This document shows, one piece after another, positions 35,301-44,354 of a stretch of DNA of 44,387 nt. Numbering within the stretch: position 1 is the first letter of the stretch; each line of letters opens with the position of its first letter. Where the stretch lies: positions 1 to 44,387 of the forward strand of contig BQXS01012509.1 of assembly GCA_024181965.1 (NCBI GenBank), read 5' to 3'. The translations under genes were made by a program, and so were the position numbers. The notes beneath the pieces were generated by a model. The model did not search any database. It was not told the origin of the DNA and saw only the letters and a list, made by a program, of their open reading frames with translations. Source of the stretch: Aduncisulcus paluster (lineage: Eukaryota).

Positions 35301-38300
35301 ATGGGCTCCGAGATTGACAATCTATGGTTTGTCAAGAAAGAAAGCGAAGATCCTTCAATTATCGGTGATAAGTCTGCCAATACAATTCCTTCAGCCTCTG
35401 CAGTGTCCCGTCTGGCCTCTATTCCTTTCATTGCCTATACTCCCCATGTTCGTGTGCTTGAATTGGCCCTCCAACATGCTTATAATGGACATTCTGTGGT
35501 CATATCAGGAGGAAATGGATCAGGAAAAACGAGTGTTATGAAAGAACTTAAGCGCCAATCCATAAATTATGGAATTCAGCACAATATCAGTGTCAAATGT
35601 ATTGATCTGCATCTATCGAAGTGTTATGATGACATTGTATGTGCGATTCGTCAACATTTGAAGATATCAACATCAAATACTCTCCTTCCAAAGGACTGTG
35701 ATCACTGCATTTTTGTGTGTGATGAGGACTTTTGGTTTGATCCCCATACACCGTCCCATCCAGGAATTGGAAAGATGAATGATACAATTATTCGCAGTAT
35801 TTGTGACTTAATACATAACATTTCTAACCACAAGTTCCCTTGTTCGGAGTCCGACTCTGATCAAATGGATATTCTTGGAGTCGGTCTGGTTTTCACTGCG
35901 AATACCAGGAATTTGATCCCATCTTCTCCTTTCTTTAAGACTATATTCGAAGATTCTCTGATATTATCCCTTCCTTCAGTCGACGGTGACGATGGAGAGC
36001 ATGTTGTATCTGAAATGTTTATTCAATTCATGACTTCTGTTGGATTGTCGATGCCTTTCAGTCCTCACGTCTGTGAAATTATACCTCCCATTGTGAATAC
36101 CCTGATTCGTTGTATTTCTCTGAAAAATACTTGTTCTCTCCATAAAATTGAATGTAAGAGCGAAGAAGCTTTACTTAAACATGGAATTATACTTTCTCCA
36201 AGCCCTCATGCAAGTCCAGATATTTCTGAACCATTCGGAACCTCTCTCGTACCATTGACATATTCGATTCAACGAATTGTCACTGGTATTTTGAAATTAA
36301 GAATCATTGAACCAGAAGAAGTTCTGAATTGTATCCTATCTGAGTGTGTATTTGATGGGTTATCTGAGAAGGAAGCCATTGAAATTATCCGTAATGTTAA
36401 CCGTGATATCATTGGAAAAGAAGAACACTCCTCAGGTCGTCGCCAGCAATCGTATTCTTCAAGAGAGGATGACATTGACTCTGATGAACTCCTTGAGGAA
36501 GATAAAGATGATTATGAACATGATCTTGATGATTCTAGCCTTGTTATCCTCCCCATACCTTCCATTTCTCTTGCTACGATCAGTTATCATTCTCTCGCGA
36601 CCAAGACTTTGATTGAATTATCCCCGCTAAATGCCTTTACTTCCCGCTTGACCCCCAGTACTTCTCTCTTTACCACGTTGATCCCTTCTGCCGCTGAACG
36701 AATTGCCCTCATGGAAGCTGAGGAAATGTGCATCCCACGCTCCAGATTGCTCACTACATTCATCCGACAAGCCCCCGCCAGTGTTGTTAGTCTGAGAGAG
36801 ATGGTTCTTAACTCTGTAACGAAGATTCGTGAAGGTCCAAGCATTCATGGAAGTGGAAATTCTGTGACCAAACGTGCAGAATACACGTTCTTCCCAACAG
36901 GTTATATCGTTGAAGGTGTTGTCAAACTGTCCAAGATATTCTCAACAATTCCACACTCTCATGTGCTTTTGAATGGTGTGAAGGGAGTCGGAAGACATCT
37001 TATCGTTGGTGTTGCCTGTGATTTGCTCCATTTCCATACAATATACGCTTCTCTTGAATGTATTATCTCAAAGATACGAAAAGCAGTCATTACATCAGGA
37101 GTTCTGGGCACTCATGTGTGTGTGTATCACCTTACAGTCTGGATTATTGTCCCACAGTTCGATTGAATACAATATCTTGAAATCATTCTTCCTTAATTCC
37201 ACTAATAGTATCCAGGATTTGATATGTCCATCAGATTCTACAATTGTTGACATTATGCGTATGAGAGCCAAAGAAGTTCGTCTGCTCCTCGAGACCCGGG
37301 GTAAATCCGTTGAGAATGTTAGACCAATGACCGATGATGAGCTGATCGAGTTGTTCCACCAAAGATGGAAGAATTTCATTCATCTGTGCATTGTGTCTGA
37401 TATTGTTAAGATTAATGGTGGATTCACAAATGGAGAACGAACTCAGATGGGCTCCAATTCTCTCCCTGAAAACGGTGATCCCGCTTCTGTGTCCTTATTA
37501 ACACCGAGATTTATGACATCTAGGCCAGCGAAACCAGTCAAATTCCACCGAACTTCTTCTGAGGATGATGTATTCAGGCTCCACCATGATATTTGCTCGT
37601 GTCCTTCATGTGTTTTGCGTAGTTTTGATTCTATCATTGCCTCCCTTGCTGTTACTAGCACATCCATCATTTCTCTCCCTCTTCCTTCCTTGTCGGACGT
37701 TCAGAACCTCACCAAGAAGATCTATCTTGAGAATAATGGTCCTTCCTCCTCTTTCTCAGTCTCAGAGAACGCAATGTCAAATGAAGAGGACAACGTTTCC
37801 AAACTGTCCGCTCGTTCGACGTCCAGTGAATTCCAAGGAGAATCGATGAGAGACATTGAAGAGGAAGAGGAAGAGGAAGAGGGAGAAGGGAAAGAAGGAG
37901 AAAGTTTACAAGCCACATTCTTCTCTCTCCTTTCTTTCTTGTTCTTGTATTCTGTGTCATCAGCCGTAAATCAAGATATTGTTGCTATTCCAACATTCGG
38001 CGAGTATGTCAAATGTTTAAAAATGGTGTTTACTGTGAATAGAAAGCTAAGGGAACAGATATTCAAACGATGTGATAGTATCCAAACTGCTGTTGATCGC
38101 ATTCAGGTATTACGAATCCATCAAATGCGCAGGAAACGCAAGAAGTCAGAAAAAGAAGAAGAGATTGCCCTCATCAAGCGTAAGGCCGAAATTAACGAAA
38201 AGATTGTTTCAAATCTCAGTGAGGAATACACCCGTTTATTGAAGAAGAAAGAAGAGCTCGAGGATGTTGCAGCCTCCACAAAGCAACTTGTGAGTGATGC

Positions 38301-41300
38301 TGAACAGAAACGCAAGACCATTCTTGAGGAATCGAGAGCCGCTTTGCAAGAGTTTTCTTCTCGTATTGTGATGACATTAACTGAATGCAAGGGTTCTACA
38401 GATTTCCAACAGCTACTTTCCTATTCCACAAGTGCAGTGAGTTCATTCCCTGAAGCTAAGTGTGCCATGGGGTGCATTTGTATCCTTCTTGGAGAGAATG
38501 ACACCTGGGAGTCATGCAAACGTGTGTTCGCTGATATGACACTGTCAATACAACTTACGAAGTTCCAACCACGTTCCATTGGGATCGCCAAGCGTGAGAT
38601 TGTTAAAGAGAAGATTATCCGTGAATGCGGCGTGTGTGATCTTGAGAGTCTTGAGTCCATTTTCTCAGAGGAGGCTCTTCAAGGCAAGAAGGACAAGGAT
38701 GGAGAGTGTACTCTTGAAATGATAACGTATTCATTCCTTATGTGGATTCGTGGAGTCATTAACAACGCAACTGTCATTGATTCTCTCGATAAAGAGGAGA
38801 AACTGATCGAATCTTTGCGCATGAAGGCTGCCATCTCTCGTGATGCTGCCATTCAACAGGAAACAAAGGTCCGTGAATGTTATCTGAAGTTAAAAGACGT
38901 TGAAACCACTCTTTCTGGATCCCAAGACCAAGAAACATTTGCCCTGAAGGTTCTTGAACAAGAGAACTCCACTCTCGACAGATTGGACAAGATTTTGGCC
39001 AGCATTGAATCCCTCGATTCCAAGTGGAAAGATGAGTTGGATATTAAGGATTACATTTTGGAGACGCTGGATGGAGATTCGTGTCTTACGATGTTCAGTC
39101 TATTCTTCTTGATGTCGTATGTTGTCCATGAAAGGGAAACAATGTTCCAGAATTGGATATCCATCATGGATAAGCATAACATTCCCCATAGCATTACAAC
39201 TCAGTCAGAAGTCCAAACTTTCCTCATGCAAATTCCCACCAATACGGAAATGTCCAAGTTGACGGACTACAACTATCTATCATTGTCCACATCTCGTGAT
39301 CTTCAAGAATTATCATCTGGTTCTCTTGATTGGATTGAGAATCAGAAGACTATGACCTTGATTAATGACAACTCAAAGATGTGCTTCGATTCATTGAGGT
39401 TCATAACAAGCAAGATGTATCATTCTTCTCCAATTTTATTCACGGATCCACAGAGTCGGTGTGTTGATTTCGTACGTCTTGCCTTGGCCGATGAAGGTGC
39501 TCTGAAGGTATTTGATATGTCCAATCAAGAATCAATCTACGTGCCCGTTGACTCTTCTGATGGCCCAACGGTTTCTCAAGATGGATCTCTTGTGAGAAAC
39601 AAGAAAGCTTCCGTGTTCTCCCTTGAGACTATCCTCTCCTATTCCTCTGTTCTTCTCTCCCATGTCACCTTCTTGACCTTACCTCATTCTATTACATCCA
39701 TCATGCTTGCTCTTGTCCGTGGGAAGAGGAAAGTAATGGATGACAACGGGAAAGAGTTTTCAATCCCTGCTGGGTTCCACATATTCTTGAGTTCAGATGG
39801 GTATAATGAAACACATGGATTGGCTTCGATTCTGTCATCTTTGTTCATCCATATCGATCTTTCTGTGTGTTACAGTGACCTTCCAAGCATTGTAAGAACA
39901 AACCTCGCCATATCACTATATCCTGAAGCCATGGAGAGGAAAGGAAGGGCTCGTGTTGACCATGAATCATGCGTTCGCCAGAACTCCATGTTTGAGGATC
40001 GAATCAAGGATGTTATCCTAACTGTTGAAGATGAAATGGAACTCATTGAGTCAGATCCCATTCATAGAACGATAGAAGCAGCGCTAAAGTCATTGGAGAT
40101 GGGCAGTGAACGTGTGAAGGAGACGAAGAATATCTTTGACAAATCTCTTCAGTTCCCGTATGGAATTGATGAAATCGCCGACAAAGCATGTGACATTTTC
40201 TGTTTACTTTCCGGATACCGCGATAACACTATCAATCACCTTCCTTCAGACTTGGAGGGTAGTACGCAGCCCTCTTCCGAACCAGCTGACAAGGCTTCAG
40301 CAGCCCAGAGTCCTTCTCTTGATGGAACAGCTCCACCCCCCAATCATACATTTGATGAATCTGAAAAGAAGAAAGCTAGTCCTGTGAAGAATACCATTGA
40401 AAAGCAAGGAGAAGAAGAGGAGGAAGAAGAACCAGAGTTGATCGAAGAAGAGGAGGAAGAAGAGGAGGAAGGTAAAGCGGAGTCCCCTGGCACAAGTTAC
40501 CAACTCTCCAAGATTCATCAGACTCTCTTGAATATGAAGAGGATCGTTCCTCTCTTCCAAACTAGCTTCACTTCCATTGCGCAAAGCACTTCGATGTCTG
40601 ACATGCTCAAAACCATGCCCACAACCATTCCTCTTCCCAAGTTTATTAAACTCATGTGTAAGAGTGCAAGGACATCAATTGTGGCCTCTGAACTCATTGA
40701 GCGTCTCGACTATTGCATCCAGAGTTTCGTGAAGATGTTCTTGTCGTGGGTGTGCTGCTCCCTAAGTCTGGAAGAATCATTGGGAATTCATGTTGAGCTG
40801 GCTCTGAAAGAGTGTGAGAACATTGGTGCCGATGAAATGATGGTAATGCTTGCTCGGGATCCTGAAACTACCCTCGAAAACATTGCTGAACAACGTCTTT
40901 TGGCAAAATTGAAGAAAGAGGAAGAGCTTCGAAAAGAGGAGGAAGAAGAAGAAGAAAACAAGAAGAACATGGGGTGTACGTGACGCCAAATTAAAGGACA
41001 AGAAACAACAGAATGATGATTCCGTGACAAACAAACCAAAGGAAGAAATTCCAGATATTATCAATCCTTTCGATCCCAGCCAAAGTCCACTTGAAATGGT
41101 TTATAATACCCTTGATCTCCTCGCATATGCTATTCCTGATCTCTTCAAGCCTGTCCTGCATCGCTTCAATGAAGCAAAGGCTCAGTGGAGGAAATACATG
41201 CGAGGGGGAGTTTGTCCGATTCTGGGGCTCTCTATTCTGGGGCGCTATGTCATGGCTCGATGCATTGGAGTTCCACATGTACCAAAATGTAGCCGTGAGC

Positions 41301-43564
41301 TAGTCCAAGCCATGCTCTTCAAAGATCTTGATATTCCTTGGTCGTCAGTTGTAAAGACTGTTGATCTCCGTACTTACGCTGAATCTAGCTCTGACTTGCT
41401 TGCTGTTGTTGGAATTCCTCAATTTGGACACACGTACCACTCAGAAATTAGTGGTTTGACTGTCAGGAGGGAAGAATATGCAGAAGAAGCCATCCAAGTT
41501 GCAGGTGGTGGATATGAGATCTTGAACTTTAATGTCGTTGGATCTGAACAAGATGAACGTTTGAAATATACCAGATATGTGTTTGGTAAGAAGCGTAACC
41601 TCGCCTTGGAGGAAGCTGAAGTTGATGAAGGAGATGATATCCGTAGAAGCGCATTTAGGAATCGTATGAGTCAAAAATCTCTTCGAATGTCTGGTTCTGT
41701 TGAGAATGAATCCATTTGGAGATTTAACCCGAATGACCTTCCCACCTATGGTCCTCCTTCACTCGCCATTCAATTAGTCCAACATGTGTGTAAAAAACCC
41801 GTTTGGCTTGTCATCAATAATGCTCATCGTTCTCCAAAGTTGATGAGGTTGCTTAAGTCTATTTGTTCTGGACCTTCAATGCAAACTTCCTCTCTAACTC
41901 AGTCCGGAACCACTAGCACACGTTCCTTACTGGGTGTTCGAACTCATAAGGCCTTCCGATGCATCCTTGTTGGTGCTGATGTACTACCATTGGTATCAAA
42001 TCATTTCATTGTACAGTCCCGTGACCACTTTGGTTCCTTTGTTGCTTATGTATTCTCCCATGTCCCTGGTTTGGAAGAGATGAAGGTGAGTTCGAAACGT
42101 CTGTGCCTTGGAATGTGTATCGTGTATGCTTCCCTGTACATATTCCAGTCATCTCAAGTGAGTGATTACCTGTCTCTTCCTTCGGTCACCTCATTTGGCC
42201 TCTTGGTCAATGAGATTATCGTATGTGCGCCCCATCCAGCTGCCGCCCGACAGCTTTTGGTTGACTCTCTGTCTGTCAAGCATGATATTTCTGTTCATGC
42301 ACGCCTCTTGGTCAGATCTGTTTGTGAATTGTGTGTATGTAGTTCCCTCAAGAGCAATGGTGTTATTCCTGGTATTCTTCGCATCAACGAAGAGATGAAG
42401 GTGAGTTCGAAACGTCTGTGCCTTGGAATGTGTATCGTGTATGCTTCCCTGTACATATTCCAGTCATCTCAAGTGAGTGATTACCTGTCTCTTCCTTCGG
42501 TCACCTCATTTGGCCTCTTGGTCAATGAGATTATCGTATGTGCGCCCCATCCAGCTGCCGCCCGACAGCTTTTGGTTGACTCTCTGTCTGTCAAGCATGA
42601 TATTTCTGTTCATGCACGCCTCTTGGTCAGATCTGTTTGTGAATTGTGTGTATGTAGTTCCCTCAAGAGCAATGGTGTTATTCCTGGTATTCTTCGCATC
42701 AACGAAGATATGAAGAGTGTTGATGATCTCATTGAGGTCGCTTCTCGCCTCGATAATTCTGATTACGAGAAGATTGGTGGTTGGGAGAATGAAGAGGTGA
42801 TTGCCCAAGGTGTCAAAGAGTCATTATTCATCAGTATTAAGGGAATGAATGCAAGGAGATCTAAGATTAGAATGGAGAAGATGTTGACAAAATCTGCTAT
42901 TGAATCGTCTTGCTCACATGAAGCTCATCATAAAACTGTTTCCTCTTCCTCTTCCTCTTCTCCAACGACTGGCGTGAGAAACTTTTATCTTATGATTTGG
43001 AAGTTTAAGGAAATTGTGGGTCAAATACCTCCTTCCATCCCGAGTGAACTTCGTCTATGGATCGCAATGGAGTTTATGCTCTCACGTATGAACCGTCAAG
43101 CTCCACCTTGCTCTGTGTTGGATTTGATTCATAGATTTAAGTCCATTCCTGCCGATGCTGTATCCAAGACTATTAAACGTTCACTACAGACCTGTGAAAT
43201 TGATCTCCACCTATTGAATCGTCCAGCAAGCTTTATTTGCGCACTAAGTGGTGGTAAGTTCGTTTTCAGAGCCAGAATAGTAGCCTGTAAGGCCAAGGTT
43301 GCCCAAGAACATGATAATCAGCTTGAAATGACTCTTCATGGACTCAAACTCTGTGGTGGAGAGTGGAGTTCTGCCAAAAATAAGTTTGTACTCGCTTCTC
43401 CCACTTCATTCTTCTATATTTCACTCATATTCTCTTCATTTGATGGAGAATTGGCCACATCTGAGCGTCATGTTGACGTTTTCCTTGGAAATAGCAAGAT
43501 TTGTGAACTCATAATTGTTGCTGAAAAAGGTGCAGGGAAAATGTGGTTTGAAATTACAAAATAA
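23301..43564 (+). CDS. Divergent axonemal-type dynein heavy chain (DNAH6/DNHD1-like), ~6300 aa reconstructed
   Basis: Collinear ORFs carry dynein domains in canonical order: tail, linker, AAA1-4, stalk/MTBD, AAA5, AAA6, C-terminus. Removing one 130-nt intron, three duplications (550, 335 incl. gap, 315 bp) and four +1 breaks gives a single continuous frame. Confidence 0.85.
23469..23598 (+). other. Spliceosomal intron (130 nt, phase 0)
   Basis: Starts GTATGT, ends TCTAATAATTAAG, and is AT-rich with stops. Removal joins ...IITDGA to SFHINHPKVERK... exactly in the frame of ORF 23623. Confidence 0.8.
24284..28616 (+). CDS. Dynein heavy chain segment: N-terminal tail and start of linker
   Basis: FNPYKLSV..YYTISQKGI..LAAWLKE..FFKNFIKMKYWRRW (DNAH6-type tail), LGNPAMRPRHWAKVF and ISERASGE. 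Confidence 0.75.
28067..29166. repeat. Perfect 550-bp tandem duplication without N gap, frame-breaking
   Basis: 28067..28616 equals 28617..29166. Removing one copy restores the dynein frame. Confidence 0.95.
28617..30746 (+). CDS. Dynein heavy chain segment: linker (DHC_N2-like)
   Basis: WQKFQILWSECEKVL, LESERNECPRLYWCNDDSI (cf. LExKRxxFPRFYFLSN) and WVNWLEEGMKSAL. Confidence 0.75.
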   Translation, partial: GLILSLGNPAMRPRHWAKVFEELKLDPSTQRTRFSLKTLLESNALDHYENLNNISERASGEFSVMLHVDKIAQYWEKVKFPLNQHIVGVKPSNSMTLDCAGCSEQAGDILTAVGIDNTNNHAGRTTELPSKDSSSSITTPKTSFTVGVASGGLTSNSSATNLFERQLSKFSSLSSLKSLGISSSTTSVTDAPSERMMIIGDITTILATLHDHLITLHTIANQQYALGVIEAVNSWRLKLISLALLLPLWQKFQILWSECEKVLSIPTIRTTARMAASAFDRTNNFFVSTMRNVSLEPRIISFVENLQSESTKMRLLLEERTDLKKHRLDSLTCEIIGKEHANEMLIDGGIRGRSVGEKTTRSVPHPHSAQFLVTSSTTVIDDDLPIAPSIYAHLKSDLDHILFSKGSGSSLLGSPTCSVRGAIPSTDGSDASDAFYELKVLLKKGLVGSLNLYSDLTSGLEVLELIKANVSALLESERNECPRLYWCNDDSIINGLGSSITVNTINSIVQQCFGVSCSIEEEEVEDGEDDAALSAPDSDKGHADLSGSEEEEIISEEHSQQSTKRRGNMRTNSSKFFGALSETDYQPKTSMVITGLICLSDVLPLPSLRIASAPTNWVNWLEEGMKSALKACIFNCLSNVDSGSFVGVAATASLSKPHSMSLRQSIDIYLHTLKDRRERERKEKEQQRKYDPTVSMVSLTSLSLCLDKP
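30729..33669 (+). CDS. Dynein heavy chain segment: degenerate AAA1 and AAA2
   Basis: WVNTPRYYW, YAFAFRG..VFLTPQMTNA (cf. YGYEYLG..LVITPLTDRC), DLSGKISIVDALGSLLGR and GGASIGA. Confidence 0.7.
33355..34004. repeat. Gap-flanking duplication (315 bp x2 around 20 N at 33670-33689), probable assembly artefact
   Basis: 33355..33669 equals 33690..34004 except A33614/C33949 (Asp/Ala). Confidence 0.95.
33738..37166 (+). CDS. Dynein heavy chain segment: AAA3 and start of AAA4
   Basis: Intact P-loop VVISGGNGSGKTS (~35500-35535) and AAA4-type HVLLNGVKGVGRH (~36960-37000). Confidence 0.75.
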   Translation: MDSWIDILISMIKKNNINWNGQITQSLFALPSLSKQISVHEKIRFVITVPSIFNASPSFLSHIPICSLTHAAERFHSFAATSILEDLPQKLRSLCSLFMCGIDLEAAHTKACMISGKEHASYVAQEHRKMQQTLKQQEKEDQKQRESNAGSSNKKSQGNRKKGMKEKSRSSKTIAHKSKMRQALSIERCFLPRDYLELCDYADGVMCHVSARVTAQLMHLLNILDHDALTSKIFFSHTHIVSNFCSLLVTFMNQHELESKREKAVHGGKFSREIWEGVLVDIDRTKQLRCGQQQSPSFSSSPSSHQSPQAHSPSGGNVSPSPTQALTSLTWNAIHKLLPFAFGNLSFSQPSLPFLRLMDCLVIESFTWAAAGSFTTRDERKMFTKILSNVLKAKNEFLDGEFHKNPKSKKKSSSKSKKSSTISEDSNDLSKTPDRHFLVTFHRALSSLYKDIHFPVSFNLREEYDSIEGLVSALPDQEEEEEFVLHEYQTNGKMVNLSKLENISVESDTSPYHNLHSWSDYMGSEIDNLWFVKKESEDPSIIGDKSANTIPSASAVSRLASIPFIAYTPHVRVLELALQHAYNGHSVVISGGNGSGKTSVMKELKRQSINYGIQHNISVKCIDLHLSKCYDDIVCAIRQHLKISTSNTLLPKDCDHCIFVCDEDFWFDPHTPSHPGIGKMNDTIIRSICDLIHNISNHKFPCSESDSDQMDILGVGLVFTANTRNLIPSSPFFKTIFEDSLILSLPSVDGDDGEHVVSEMFIQFMTSVGLSMPFSPHVCEIIPPIVNTLIRCISLKNTCSLHKIECKSEEALLKHGIILSPSPHASPDISEPFGTSLVPLTYSIQRIVTGILKLRIIEPEEVLNCILSECVFDGLSEKEAIEIIRNVNRDIIGKEEHSSGRRQQSYSSREDDIDSDELLEEDKDDYEHDLDDSSLVILPIPSISLATISYHSLATKTLIELSPLNAFTSRLTPSTSLFTTLIPSAAERIALMEAEEMCIPRSRLLTTFIRQAPASVVSLREMVLNSVTKIREGPSIHGSGNSVTKRAEYTFFPTGYIVEGVVKLSKIFSTIPHSHVLLNGVKGVGRHLIVGVACDLLHFHTIYASLECIISKIRKAVITSGVLGTHVCVYHLTVWIIVPQFD
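37115..40983 (+). CDS. Dynein heavy chain segment: end of AAA4, stalk coiled coil, microtubule-binding domain, AAA5
   Basis: Coiled coil, AMGCICILLGENDTWESCKRVFAD (MTBD-like), LDGDSCL and PILFTDPQ (cf. PLxIDPQ). Confidence 0.75.
40961..43564 (+). CDS. Dynein heavy chain segment: AAA6 and C-terminal domain
   Basis: VWLVINNAH (cf. WVxLQNCH), HKAFRCIL (cf. HxxFRLxL) and LHGLKLCGGEW (cf. IHGLFLEGARW). The frame is open upstream of the track's GTG 41024. Confidence 0.7.
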   Translation, partial: RRTWGVRDAKLKDKKQQNDDSVTNKPKEEIPDIINPFDPSQSPLEMVYNTLDLLAYAIPDLFKPVLHRFNEAKAQWRKYMRGGVCPILGLSILGRYVMARCIGVPHVPKCSRELVQAMLFKDLDIPWSSVVKTVDLRTYAESSSDLLAVVGIPQFGHTYHSEISGLTVRREEYAEEAIQVAGGGYEILNFNVVGSEQDERLKYTRYVFGKKRNLALEEAEVDEGDDIRRSAFRNRMSQKSLRMSGSVENESIWRFNPNDLPTYGPPSLAIQLVQHVCKKPVWLVINNAHRSPKLMRLLKSICSGPSMQTSSLTQSGTTSTRSLLGVRTHKAFRCILVGADVLPLVSNHFIVQSRDHFGSFVAYVFSHVPGLEEMKVSSKRLCLGMCIVYASLYIFQSSQVSDYLSLPSVTSFGLLVNEIIVCAPHPAAARQLLVDSLSVKHDISVHARLLVRSVCELCVCSSLKSNGVIPGILRINEEMKVSSKRLCLGMCIVYASLYIFQSSQVSDYLSLPSVTSFGLLVNEIIVCAPHPAAARQLLVDSLSVKHDISVHARLLVRSVCELCVCSSLKSNGVIPGILRINEDMKSVDDLIEVASRLDNSDYEKIGGWENEEVIAQGVKESLFISIKGMNARRSKIRMEKMLTKSAIESSCSHEAHHKTVSSSSSSSPTTGVRNFYLMIWKFKEIVGQIPPSIPSELRLWIAMEFMLSRMNRQAPPCSVLDLIHRFKSIPADAVSKTIKRSLQTCEIDLHLLNRPASFICALSGGKFVFRARIVACKAKVAQEHDNQLEMTLHGLKLCGGEWSSAKNKFVLASPTSFFYISLIFSSFDGELATSERHVDVFLGNSKICELIIVAEKGAGKMWFEITK
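42074..42703. repeat. Perfect 315-bp in-frame tandem duplication without N gap
   Basis: 42074..42388 equals 42389..42703, with GAAGA microhomology at the junction. Duplicates 105 aa. Confidence 0.95.
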
Positions 43565-43825
43565 CTATATTTTTGATTGATCAGGAGATTGACTTGCGTT
43601 GTGTAACGATGAACGTTTTGTTATGTTGTTTTGTCTTGAATATTTGTCATTCCAATCTAAAGGGTTTATTTCCTCGGATTCGAATGAAGTAACGTGTAGT
43701 GCAGTAATAGACATCTGCATAGTCTAACAAAGAAAAACAAAAAAAAAACGGTAGTAACTGAACACTTTTGATTATAGTAAAAAAAATGACTCTTTAAAAT
43801 TCCCCTTCTTTCTCAAAAGATCTAT

Positions 43826-44354
43826 TTATAGCATTGGAGAAGGAGCTTCACCAGGTGGCAAACGTCCAAGAATTTCAGCTCGAGAAATTGGAACCATTCC
43901 AGTCTTTTTTGAGTAATCAAGAACTTGCTGAGGGATTTCTCTGAGAACCTCTTCTGCAAGCAAATGAGGAGTGCGTTCGTACTTGCTGAACTCCACAAAT
44001 TGGACATTGTCTCTCTCTGCTTTGACCATTCTACTTGAAGTCAAACCACCAGTCTCGTCTCCATCGAGGAATTCCATAGCACTAAAGTCAGCTTTACCAA
44101 TACCAATGATAACAATTGACAACGGAAGCTTGGAGGCTTCAACAATAGCATCAACTGTTTGACGAATATCGTTGGCTTGACCGTCAGTGAGAATCATGAG
44201 AATATTAGCTGGTTGCCTGGCCATGATAGCTGCAAGTTGTTCAGCTTTGGAACGACAATTTAAGGTGTGGACCATTGCAGCTTCTTGCGCCGCTTTCTCG
44301 ATAACTTGGTGGAAACATGTCGGTCCTGATAAACTAAATCCAGGCATTCCAAGC
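43826..44354 (-). CDS. Copine, C-terminal vWA domain (5' part missing)
   Basis: LSGPTCF, ILMILTDG, AIVEASKLPLSIVIIGIGKADFSAMEFLDGD, RDNVQFVEF and LAEEVLREIPQQV are copine vWA motifs. Truncated at a chimeric junction at 44354/44355. Confidence 0.93.

Noticed and set aside
23301..43564. Trans-spliced or split dynein as in Giardia, or a pseudogene
   Set aside because: Fragments are collinear and overlapping with no splice signals at most junctions, and there is no nonsense decay over ~6300 codons.
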